Shown: positions 49,875 to 61,830 of the stretch, in pieces
How the letters are laid out: each line of letters opens with the position of its first letter
Numbering within the stretch: position 1 is the stretch's first letter
Source of the DNA: Oculina patagonica
Taxonomy: Eukaryota
Reading direction: 5' to 3'
Assembly (NCBI RefSeq): GCF_052425735.1
Contig: NC_135759.1
Span: 34,038,001 to 34,102,000, forward strand
DNA length: 64,000 nt
The notes under the pieces: generated by a model
The model's database searches: none
Told to the model about the DNA's origin: nothing
Seen by the model: the letters and a program-made list of their open reading frames with translations, nothing else
Position numbers and translations under genes: made by a program

Positions 49875-51659
49875 CCAGCCCTTTCGCTTCGTAGAAGTAG
49901 TAATAATTGATCGTCAATTTTCTTTATACAGCTTTACAGACGTGGGATGAAAATAATTTTCGGTACCTAATTAGATGTGATAATTATTTTATACGTTATG
50001 GAGATCTTGCACGACATGAGATTATTCAGCTATAGCCGCAAGAATCACGAAACCCAGTTGATTTTCCGAGATAAGAAATAATTGTTTTAGATAAACCATA
50101 CTCGGTCTTTGTGTTATTCCAGACGTTCATTTTAAATTTTGCACTGGAAGTTGTTTTTCCGCTTTTGGTACTATTTGTTGATCTCTTATCTTCCTCAAAA
50201 TTATTATGATGCATCTTTCAAGTGTGGCCAGAAACTCCTAAATCCGTTGTCATGTGTGTTACAAAAAAGTATGTTATGTTTACAACAACCTTCCTCTCTC
50301 AGTGGCTGCTACTGAAATGTCTTGTCAATATTTTTTTCAGCCGTGTTTATTTAAGTGCACAAAGAACCTCATATCTTAATAATAAAGCGGCGGACGATTC
50401 GCTTGCTTGAAGTACTTATATAGAGACTAAATGAAATACAATAAAATCAATCAATATACGGAAATTTATTAAGACAGTTTGAATAAGAGAAATGGCGCAG
50501 AACTGTCTCACTTAGATTTATTATATGAATCCTCCTGGCTTTGTTGCCTTAGTCGAGAAATTGATTTAATATCGATTTAGTGATTTTTTTCTATAGTCGG
50601 CATTAGAGCAGGTGATAGCAAGAGGGAAACCCACAATAACATACACAAAGCGTTTAATGATTGCTAATGGAAGCACCAAAGTATGTTATTTTTATTCAAG
50701 GGGCGTAATGTTCGAATTTTTATGAAACAGAATTCAAGTTTAAGGAGAATTAAAAAGGAAAAAATAAAAAAACACTCCATCAAATTGACTACCATTGCAC
50801 AAGAGAACTTCGCATACTGATAGCATTCTATTTTAATGTCCATCTATCAATTATTAACTAGAAAATTCGAATTCTTCCTTCTTTTTTTCAAATCCACAAA
50901 ACCATTCTTTCCTCCTCCCTCGTAAACATCTCTAAAAATCATTAAACAATTCTTAAAATTACGTAGAACCTTCCATTGAAAATCTGTGACGGCATTAGTA
51001 GATTGCATGAAACCTCACGATGAAGAAAGGTGTTAAAACAGAACAAACACAGCATTCAGTTATTCCGCCTATTATATCAAAGGGTCAAGCCGCCTTGCAG
51101 TGGTTAAACTGACTTGAATATCTAGTTGAGATATTTTTTTCTCCCCTTCTAAACTTCGTACAGAAATGTTTGGCAGGCCGATTTTTCAGTAAGATACAAT
51201 GTAAGCAGTGTGAGAAAATGTACGCATGCTTGTGTTTTCATGCAATTTCTGATGAACGTTTTTATACAAAGAACTATGAAAAAATGACTGAATAACCCTT
51301 TTCAGCTAAAAACAAAAAACTAAAAATATCATGCCTGCTGACTGCTGTTTTTGTCTGTAAGAGTGACTTTGAAAAATAACGAATAAAAGAAATAATATTT
51401 TGAGTTATTCTGTGCCTCTTTCCTTGACTCGCCTTTATGTGTTAGTGGGTCTGAAAAGTTCTTTAGTAGTGTCTTTTTGAGATCAGATTTCAATGACTTT
51501 GTGCTTTGTGAAGGAGCTTTTAAAGAAAGAAGTAAATAATTTCGTGTTTCCTTTTTTGCTGAGCTTGCTGAGTTAACCTGCTGTAACCATTCAGAGCAAA
51601 GATGGTTTTTATCAGGAAATTGAAAAACAGGCTAGCACCATCGAGATTTGGGTTCATTT

Positions 51660-51810
51660 CACTTTGCACGCGCTTGCCATTGGTTCCACCATGCAGTCAC
51701 ATGTTTTCCCGCGCTTGCTCCTGTTGCACGTTTTCCCGCGCCGCTTTTCATTAGCTGCATGTTTTCCCGCGCTTTCCATCAGTTACATGTTTTCCCGCGC
51801 TTTTCATCAG
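51660..51810. repeat. ~30-bp minisatellite (CATGTTTTCCCGCGCTT core)
   Basis: Four to five degenerate tandem copies. Confidence 0.7.
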
Positions 51811-51974
51811 TTGTATGTGTTCAGCATGTTATCGGTCACCGGTTGAATGTTTGCGGTTGCATGTTTTACTACGAGTTCTAATTGGTTAACTGCGCTGTTT
51901 GCGGGAGTATTGATTGGCTATGTGTTTCGTGTTATAAGAGTGTTGTTGGTTTAGTTTTGGTTTTTCTTATCATT

Positions 51975-53436
51975 TCATCTTGGTTGATTTATTTTTTTCT
52001 TCCTGGAATGTGAAGAGCAATTCTTTCTCTTGTTGCTTGATGACGCACATGTACATGCGGAGTTTTGGCGGGAAACCCGCTCGGTGGAATCTGAACTACT
52101 ACTATCGCTGTCCTCACTGCTTGACTGCTCATCAGAAGACGAGGATCTGGTGTCGTGTATGAGTAGAGGGAAATATGAGAATTTAAAAGCCCGTGATATC
52201 TTTGAGGATAAGATGGACTTTTGCTTTTCATTCCAAAGCGCAATGTTCTTCTCTCGTCGTTTTTGAGCTTCAGCTCGTCTCTTTTCTCTTTCACGCATTC
52301 TCGTTTCTCTCATTTCCTCTTCCAACCTTTCTAGCTCCTCCATTTTTAAAAAGAAAGCTTCTCGTCTGCTCTTCTCGAAGTTTTTCGCTTCCATTCTTTT
52401 TTTCTCTTCCCTTTCTTCTTGCAGTTCTCTCTTTATTGCCTTGTTCAACTCTTTTTCTGTCATCAATTTGGATTCCAAAAGATCGCTCAGGCTTTCGGCT
52501 TCATTCACTTTGTTGAGCTTGTAGAGTTGTCGTATAGTTTTGTTCACAGTTTTGGTCAGATTGTCCGGCTTCGAAGAACCATGCTTGCGCTCTTTAAGAA
52601 TGCTCTTTGATGGTAATCCACCTTCCTTTACAATGCGATTTAATTTTCCATCTGGCGACTTGCCGTCCTTCTCTCTAGTTGTTTGCTCAGTAATTTCTAG
52701 CATAGAAACTACATGTTTTTCTTTAGTTTCTGATCTTAATCTACCATCCTCTTCTTTTTCTCTCTGATCCTGTTGTTTTTGATAAGTTTGTCCAGGCGAT
52801 TCACTGTTTGGTTTTCTCAATCTTCTACCTTTCTTCTGAGCTGAAGCTTTCACTTTCGAAACTTTTTGTCGAGTCTTTCCCGGAATGCGAACCTTTCACG
52901 CTCCTTTCTCTTTGGCTTCCTGATGCAGTCGCCCTTTCCTGTTTTCCATCCATTTCTGCCTGTGAAATAGTTTCCTTCGCTGCCACTAAGTGCTTTTGTA
53001 CCTCGTCCTCAAGCACACGAATACGATCTTGTAGAAGCTTTGAAACTTTAAATGGTCTTTCGGGAAAGCCCGCGTCTTTTGCTGTGCTTGTTTTCTCAGT
53101 TTGTTCCAAATCCGAAAACGACACCAAATATTTCGACTTTTGTACATCAGGCAGCTCTAAACCGTCTTCACTTTTTCTCATTTCCTTGCCAGCCACAGAA
53201 AACGAGAAACTTTTACTTCGTACCTGTTGCATGTGTTTGTCAGGCAGACCGGGACAAAATGCTGACTTTATACGAGGCAGAGCTGATTCAATGCTATTCG
53301 GTCTTGTGTACATCGTATTCCCACTGCTGATTTCGCTCTCTGGTGAGATCATGTTAGCAACAGGAATCTCTATGGACCGAGTTTTCGATGAAGAACGAAG
53401 CAGATTTTCCATTGCAGAAATGTTAGCTTGTGACAT
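51975..53436 (-). CDS. Uncharacterised intronless charged-helix protein, SYF-tail paralog 4; split by a +1 frameshift at ~52828-52896
   Basis: ORFs 53436-52825 and 52853-51975 overlap on the same strand. The first has SALPRIKS and the second SSKISRAFKFSYFPLL; together they give the paralog-1-like architecture. Confidence 0.72.
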
Positions 53437-54205
53437 AAAAGGCCTTCGGATTGATTGAATGAAATCTTTGCCGTATTATATGTCTTGGTTGAAAGGAAAA
53501 AGCAACGAAAAATTTTGTTTGAAGTATTGCAATCTGCTGAAGTTTAGAAATACAGAAATACTATACTTGTGTTGTCAATGTCTGTTTTCTAGTTACACCT
53601 TTTGAATTTACTCCGTTGTTAGCGAGTTTTTAAATTCATTAGCGCCTTCAATTTTCCTCTACAAATGCCTCTAATTGTCTCTGCTAAGGTGTAAATTGAA
53701 TTGTTATCACGTTCAAGACTCTATGCGAATAACAAAACAAGAACATTGTGTGGTCGTTTTCACATTTTAATTGCTTTCTGCTAGTTGTCAGCTTGCTTCG
53801 TGTTTTTAATTACGGTGTTAATAAAGTGTAATATTCCTGATTTAAAAAGCAGTAAAAGCGAAAGCGGTACAACATGTACAGGAGCTGCCTGTTACGTGTT
53901 CGAGGCTAGTAAGTGTTTTGCAAATAAGAGGCAATTTTTAAAACAAAAGACAGTATAGAAATAAGTGTTTTAGACTGACAATGGCTTTACAGAACGTTCA
54001 TGTTCTAATAAACATTTTGTTGGAAAATCTCTCAGGCATCTTTTGCAAAACAACAGGCCAGGGATTTTGAGTTTTAGTATTAGGATTATGATTTTGAGTT
54101 TTAGCCTCTATTTTTTGTTTATATTTCTACACAGTTCTTGAAGTTAAATGTCGTATTATAGTCATGACTTCGAGGAGATACTCACTGCATGGGTGAATGA
54201 CGATT

Positions 54206-54377
54206 CAGTGGGATCCAAATTTCTCGAACCCTCGATTGTTCCAGCCTCCCAATAACTCGAACCAAAACTCGTTTCCTCGGATTTACTTCACTTAGTCGAA
54301 CACTGCAATTTTACCTCCCGATTTTTTAAGCCAATTTTCGTTTCCCCTGGGAGGTTTGAGAAATTGCGATTCCACTG
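54206..54377. mobile_element. Degenerate Tc1/mariner-type MITE
   Basis: CAGTGGGATC.AAATTTCTC / GAGAAATTGCGATTCCACTG. Confidence 0.5.
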
Positions 54378-56219
54378 CACTAAATCGCGTGATCTGTGCG
54401 TTGCTGTTTTCGTCATGGTTGCTTTAAAGTAGCTCCGTCACGGATCAAGGCGCGTCTTCAACAGTTTAGCCTTGAAATTTCATGTTCTTTGTAATCCATC
54501 TCAATCTTCTCCAATCTTCTAAACCATCCTTGTTATTTTTTGGTTGATTAGTACTTTAGTGGTGTCAGCAATGCCTTTACATGTTTTATTAGCTCCCGCT
54601 AACAAAGTACAGAAATACATGAAACGTGTACTATATACTCACTGAAATGTATAAAAAATGTTCATTTTGAGGTTTACTTCGGTTTAAAGGCATTTTTATA
54701 CATCACGAAGTAAAAACCCTTACCAGAAAATGTTTACGAGACAGTTCCTTGACAATAAACAGAATGAATAATTACTGAAAATAAAAACGGAAACGGACAT
54801 GCGAATAGAAGCCAAGCTTCCGTTACGGAAATATCACGAATAGGGATACAACAATTTACACAAGTGCCATCATTTTATTTTTACTGATATAAATTTGAGA
54901 ACGGTGCACCAACAACAAAATTCTTTTTCATTTTTTTTTGCATTCTCTTTTTTTTTTTCAGAAGATCTTGGTAGATCAAGAAACGTACAAGATCTTACGA
55001 GATATCAGAATGGAGAAAAATTTACACACGTCTCACTTCTGTCTCTTCCATCAGTGTAGAAAAGGTCCTCTGCAGCCGGGGATCACGTGATCTACAGCAA
55101 TACACTGAATACGAATAAGTACAAAATGGATTGGAATGGTTTTCTCTAGTGCATTTTTCAGTCGTCTTCCATAATTTTAGCGGGGAAAAACTATTTTAAG
55201 ACATTTAAAAGAGTATCGGGTTTCACTTACTTTTAAGTAAGCGGCGAGCGTGCAGGTTTGCGTCGGAAAGGTCTGCTTTTACAACTAAAACATTTTTATG
55301 TTCCCTGGAGACATTTACCTCCAAAGTCTATGTATGTACTGACTGAAAGAACTGTAGATTACTAAGACAAAGCGCGTTAGTAAATGTTTTTCACATGCAG
55401 CTTTTAGAATGACTAGAATGTGATTGGACTGATTGGATTGAATATTCACATCTCTGCTTTTGTATGGGTGGATCGATGATAGTATTAAATTTGTTTGATT
55501 TTTCAAAGGATATCTTTTTCCCTGCCGCATTGTTGTAAATGCGAACTTTGTTTCCTTGACTACAATTTACTTAATGGTGGCCAGCCAAAGTGTTAAACTC
55601 TCAAGGAAAGTTTCGCGAAACTGGGATGTCAGCGCGTTGAGCAAACAAAGAATAAAATTTTAGCAATAATTTTGTTTTTTAACTGCCAAACTATTTTTCG
55701 CGTAAAATGTGCCTTTGCCCCTACTATAAAAGAAAATAATAACTTTCCTTTTTCGAGTTTTGGGAACTATAGCTCAGCACATATGCTTACTGAATGCTAT
55801 TTTTGTTTTATCTGCAGGCATTTTTCTTTCAGACCCACTCAACCGAGCAGGTAGCTGTCGTTCTTGAACCACAAAGAGAACACATGTTTATTCATGTCGT
55901 TAAAGCTTCTGAAAGGATTTGACGAGTTTATTGTTCACGTCAACTCATGCACGTTAAAGCGGCGACGATGTTAGTTGAACAAATGAATACAAACCCAAGA
56001 GGAATTACACTCCAAAGGGTGGACACCTTTTGAAGCGCTGAACTTCTGCTGAATTTCCTTCGCGTGCTGCCCGTCTGCAACCGTCTCTCTGCGCCCCGGG
56101 CCAAGTTAAAAACACTCATGTAGCCTTTACATTAAGGTTTTATTTGGAATATAAAACGGCGCGGTCGGCAAATGATTACCACAATTTTAGAAGATTTGCA
56201 TTCGACGTGAGAAGACTCG

Positions 56220-59200
56220 ATGAAAGAAACCGACGACATCGACACATATCGCAGAGTTTTGGATTATTACACAAATGATGAAGAATCCGGCGAGTTCAGT
56301 GCTGGGTCAGGTTAGTTTAACTTAGAATCAGCGAGTTTCTAAACTTGTTTACAAGTGGAGGAACTTCAAACAAAGATTGCATGATTAATTTCTTACATGT
56401 TTTCGATACTGGTTGTTTCGCACAGACTTCCGTTCGAGAATCTACTCAAAATGTTTTCGTCGCTGTTCAGTGTGGTTTTGCGTTAGCTATCTTCGCTTAG
56501 TAGAGTTTTCCCCTAAGTTTCCCCTTGTTGGAGACTAAAAGCGGGAAATAACATTAAAAAACCACGAGGAGAATTAATTATGTTCTTTAACCTAACAATT
56601 GTTTTGATGAGACAAAATTGGTCGCTTGTAAGGGATTATATCGGTGGATATCGTCGGATGATTTTGTTCTTCCGTTACGCTCAGTGTTTGCGTCGTGTGT
56701 AAACCACATAAAGTCAATCGCAAATGAACACATCGATCGTCAATTGCGAAAACTTTAAACCGATTAAAATAACATTGTTTAGAACTGAATTAATTTCGTA
56801 TCAAAGCAAATATTAGAGTACTGGGCTGATGATTCAATCTAGTAGAAGAAAACATGGCATTTTGCTTTTTGCCTAAGAAGGGTACAATAAGGGAATGGTG
56901 CTGTAAAGTTAACACACTTTGAAACTTGTTCGGGAAGGCACGTTAATTCAATTATTCAATAGCCGCTCTTCAGAATGCATATATAATCAGTTTGATTTTT
57001 GTGCTTTTCAAGAATCCCCATTGTGAAGCTCTCTCGAATGACCTTGAAGATTAGCTTGAAATGTAAGATTTGCACGGTTTTTTTTCTTCACAAAGAACCA
57101 AAGTGTAGACAAGGATATTTTGGAAAAGGTTGAAGAATTTTTAGTGGCTTGAGTAGAAGTTTCTTTAAAAATTTTCACACCAGAGGAACTGTTTTGTTCC
57201 TTTGAAAAGCAAAAGGACAAAAGCTTTAAAAATCAGTGCCCGCAATTAAAATTTCATGTCTTCTAAAAGGTTATCGTGTAGCACAAATTTCTTGTCTTTA
57301 GATTGCTTTGAAAGGGAGAAACTTAAATGGCAGGTTGAAAAAGTAAAACAACGTACAAAATCAGGGAATATTCATATACCCTTGAAGAAAGTATAAATAG
57401 GAAATTTGATGCTTTTGTGCATATTCTTGAAGTAATCAGCTAATGCCTGTATTAGTTTTATCTTCGTGTTATGGTATTTGCAAATCGTGCGATTTACAAA
57501 TCTCACGCCTAAAGATTATATCTAAATGCTTCAAAACTGCCGAGCACATCTGCAAGATTTAGTAAACTGGCCCTTTTACGTGTAGGGTGTTCATTAACTG
57601 AAATGTGGCCTTCTCCACATTCTCAGAATAATTGGACTTGGCAATTGTATGCAACTCGCCAGTAAAGCAAGGAATTCGCTAGCATGTTCCAAGCGTTCGG
57701 TTAGTTGGGAACAGGCTAGGAATTCGCAGCAGAGGGTGGAATAAAGAAGTGATTTAAATAAAGGGTGGTCAGGTAGAGGGCGTTTACTAATAGTTGACTT
57801 GATCACGTGTCTGGTTCGTTTTCTTCACGGTATTGCTCACTTAAACCAATGACCAATTAAAGAGAAGAAAATTGCATAATTTGATAACATGCGGTCGTTT
57901 GCAATTGACAGTAAGCCACTACCTCTTTGGAACCTCTTTTATTCGTTCGTTTTAAACACTACCTCTATTGTTTTTTAGGGTTATGGTATTGATTTGATCT
58001 GTTTTCTATTGTTTTAAGAGCCAATAGCTTGCCTCGTTCCGAGAGTATCGCAATTTACGCAGATCACCCCCTCCGGCCGCCAGGCATATGCCACTCAAAG
58101 GATTTGTTTTCAAGCTGTTTTGGCCTGAATGAATTGAAAACTTTAGACTGGTAAAGATTTTTTTACGATTTCTATAAGTTTTTTTGAAATTCATTTTTCC
58201 ACACCCGGTCTTCCCACTGCGATTCGCTGTTACCTATTGCAGGTCGTACAACTTTTTTTTTCTTTTGTATAGAACAACTAACTTCAGGATTGTTGTTCCT
58301 CGTTGTTGTTGGGTACGGGTATTGAGGGCTGAATTGGACGCCCCAACCAAACATGTCGAGGTCAAAAAACCCCTTTATCAACCCTTAACATTACAACTTA
58401 ATTTGAGCCTACTTAGACTTGCTTAGGTCAGGTCATAGTAACTTAAAACCACCCATAAGAAAAACACAATGCACTGATTATCATTTTTTAACTTAAAGAA
58501 GTGTAAGGCACTTTTGCGCACACACATAATGTTAAGACAGTACGTTGAGTTTGTCAGATTATAATTAAATATTTGCTAATAAATTATGTTGTATAGTTCT
58601 GCCGTAGAAAATCTGTTTGAATAATCATCGACAATCGAACTTTTGTCATCTTTAAGAAACGCAGGGGATGAACTTTTGTATAAAAGACAATACGCTATAC
58701 AAACGTTACATAACAGGCGATAACAAGATATTTTTGTGCATTATATATGATTTCGAAATCTACGATCCCAAGAAGTGAAATATTTGCGAATTTATGATTA
58801 ATATATACTCGTGTCGGACAAGAAAGCTAGCCGCAAGGCGTCTATGTTAGGCTTGGAAGCGTCGTACAATATTTTTCGAGATGATTATAAGTGCGCAATG
58901 TTTTGTTGTGGTCGTTACGCGTCTATTGTTTAGAGATTATTCAGTTTTAACCGCCACAAAAGTATTGGCTTTACTGATCGTTTGTTACGAGACCTGATTG
59001 AAGTATTTTATGCTCATAAGGTTTAGTTGAGTAAAGGGCTTGTCATCTTGATATGCTGGAGTGAACATAGCTTGTGGAGATCACTGAACCGCTCGAGTCC
59101 AAATACGCGCGTGATCTAGCGCGGGAATGTGATTATATGTTCTCCGGCGATGATCACATGGCCTTCGCGTCTGCTGCAACTCTTAAATGAGTGCGAAAGA

Positions 59201-61039
59201 GGTAGTCTTACTAATTTCCTCCACTTGAGTTTTAGTTTACTATCAACTAACAGTTCTTTTCCTTTTTTCCAGCGGACAGAGTCAAAGTCAAAGTTGCCAT
59301 CGGATTTGCCATCGCTTGCGCTGTGCTTCTAGTAGGAATATTCATATTGTTGTTATACAAGGTACTGTGGTTTCGATCTAAGAGCAATGCCGCAAGCAAG
59401 CCACCAGCTAAAAGCGTCGTACAAAAGCGCGCGCCAAGTGTGACGGAACAAGACTTCCAACGAACTCGTCAACAATGCCGGCATCACCCTCTGATGAGAT
59501 CCGATAGCTCAGCGTCAGAGATCGACATTGATCAATCATGGTTGAAAAACAATAATATGTTATCATCTGAATCGGACAGCAGCCAAGAGCCAAGTTTTAA
59601 CCTAGGTAAGCTCGAATTTAACATCCATTACGACACAGAAACTGAGTCTCTACGAGTGACGCTAGTGGCTGCGTATGATTTACCATCTATTCACAGCACG
59701 AGTTACGTGGAATTGTACCTGTTGCCAGACAGAGTGGAAAAACATCAGACGAAAATTCATTATTCTAACTGCAGTCCTGTTTACAACGAAGAATTCGAGT
59801 TTGATATTGGGTTTTCGGAGTTGGCTGAGCGTACTTTACAGTGCTGTGTGTTTAGTTATGATGGATTTTCTCGGCATCAATCCATTGGAGAAGTTTTTTA
59901 TTCGTTTGGCGAGGACGACCAGTTATCTGAGTATACAGGTGTATCACTGTGTAAAGACATCAAGAGAGATGTGTTTTTGCTAAAGGTGAGTTTGTTAATC
60001 AGCTAAATTCTTTATTTATCATTTATTTAAAACCATGCATGCAGATCTGAGGCCCTGCTAGGGTTTATCGGGATACGGGATATTTAGGTAAACAATTGTA
60101 GGGATACGGGATGTTTTGGGGAGATACAATCCACAGGAATTAACGGGATACGGGATATTTCGACCGAAAATTAACGGGATACGGGATACTACCCACCCCC
60201 CCCCCCCCCCTTATTGGGCCTTTTTTTTTTTTTTTTTTTTTGCGGGTTTAAAAAAAAAAAAAAATTTTTTTTTTTTTTTATATCTTTAAAAAAAAAAAAA
60301 CCAGGAAGGGAGGGGCCCCACCCCAAAATACCTTAAAAGCTCTATGAATCCTCCGGAGGGCTTATGACTTTTTGACCTTCTGAAGGGGGAAGTCTGTCTT
60401 GGGGGTATAGAGAGGGCTTGTTGGAGGCGGGGTGACTTATTACAAATCATATTTCAGTTGCTGAAGGTTTAAAAAAATGTTTTAGTGTTGTTTGGTAACT
60501 CATTTTCATATAATAGCAACAATAATAAGCAAATGGTGGATTGAATAACTTTAAATTAAAGCGTAAAGTTTTCTTGTTCATGAGTTGTTATGATTTGCCA
60601 TCTATCTAGGGAAGGGGAGGGGGCTTATTGATAAATTTTTCTATAATTTTTAATTTTTAACACTTTTATATTGCATATAATTGTATTGTCCCAGGACCCC
60701 TATTGATACCAGTCTCGTTGCTGAATGGGCCACCCTGGTAAAATAAAGTCCCTTACCTACTAGCTTTTACGGTACTGTTGCTGTACTCTAGCTTAGTAGC
60801 ACACATAGGTCTATTAGGTGACTGAACTCCCAATGTGTATCCCTTTCAGACGCAGGCTGAGATACTCTGTCTCATTCTTGCATTTCTTTTCCCGTCACTT
60901 GTGTTATTTTAGGAGGATAGTCCATCTCGTGTAGGAGAGGTATTGGTGTCTCTTTGCTACCTTCCCACCACCAACAGGCTGACATTTGTCGTCCTGAAAG
61001 CGAGGCTGTCTAAAAACACATTTCCTGATGACTTGCCAA
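56220..61039 (+). CDS. Synaptotagmin-like protein B (TM + C2A + start of C2B; last exon(s) not found in window), predicted Ca2+-independent
   Basis: Exons 56220-56310, 59273-59985 and 60913-61039 have consistent phases (1,0,1). TM VAIGFAIACAVLLVGIFILLLY; C2A LGKLEFNIHY...SPVYNEEFEF...FSYDGFSRHQSIGEV; C2B GEVLVSLCYLPTTNRLTFVVLKAR. Exon 1 is less certain than the others. Confidence 0.83.
60049..60221. mobile_element. MITE with GGGATACGGGATA internal repeats
   Basis: GAGGCCCTGCTAGGG ... CCCTTATTGGGCCT; four GGGATACGGGAT units. Confidence 0.6.
60640..60760 (+). mobile_element. LINE 3'-end fragment
   Basis: CCAGGACCCC...CAGT...CTGAATGGGCCACCCTGGTAAAATAAA resembles the 3' stem-loop at 25535-25590. 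Confidence 0.5.
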
Positions 61040-61696
61040 GTGAGTAAATGTTTTTAAGGTTGTTTTTTTTTAACGTTACAGAGCTACTGGTGCTTGATTA
61101 TAAAATAGAATCCTTATTTAATAACTCTTGTAAAAGTTTAAAAATTACTTCATCAAATCTAAAATTATTTTTGCTCCAATCATTCGAGGTTATAGTGCAG
61201 TATTCGTGTGGCTGCATGATTTTCGCCCTTGCGCGCGCGCGAACCGTTTGTACTCCGTAAAAAATCTGAATTGTCTTGTATACGTTGCCGTGGCAGAGTT
61301 TTGGGTGAGCTTACTTAATAAAATGTCCAGTCTGTCCAAGGTCTTGTACCTAGTAGTTAACGTGTAACTTTAAAGACTGACCAATATCTAACTTCTCCAT
61401 AAAATATCAATGCACAGTCACACAGACAGGTAATAAGAACGTATAAAATCATCATGAGCATCAAAGTTTAGTAAATCGAACATAAAGAATTAAAAGATGA
61501 TGTTTTAAAAGGGAGACACAGGTATACTCGGAAAAAGAAATATGAGTATGCCAGCGTCGTTTACTAAAACATGATCTTTTACTTTTTAATCACCAGGCTT
61601 AAAATATACCATCTTAAATTTCGCGGATCATTGCGCAAAAGCATCGCATTAACATTCTTTTTCTAGAAGTAACACAGAATGTTTGTCACGTAAACC

Positions 61697-61830
61697 TAGT
61701 TAAATGGCCTAGCCACCACAAGTCTCCTATGGTAAAACGTGGAAATACTCATATCGGAAGAGTCATGGGATGGACTCCTGTTTGGAGCACTCGGAATTTC
61801 TGTTACCGAGTATGATAGTGTCACCTTACT
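61697..61830 (+). mobile_element. Degenerate tRNA-derived SINE-like remnant
   Basis: Decayed B-box-like GGGATGGACTCC followed by GGAGCACTCGGA..CCGAGT hairpin; cannot fold as an intact tRNA. Confidence 0.35.

Noticed and set aside
37900-53458. + strand hydrophobic F/S/L-rich ORFs overlapping the SYF genes
   Set aside because: Antisense shadows of E/K/R-rich coding sequence.
61697-61830. tRNA gene
   Set aside because: A/B boxes are degenerate and no cloverleaf forms; at best a SINE remnant.
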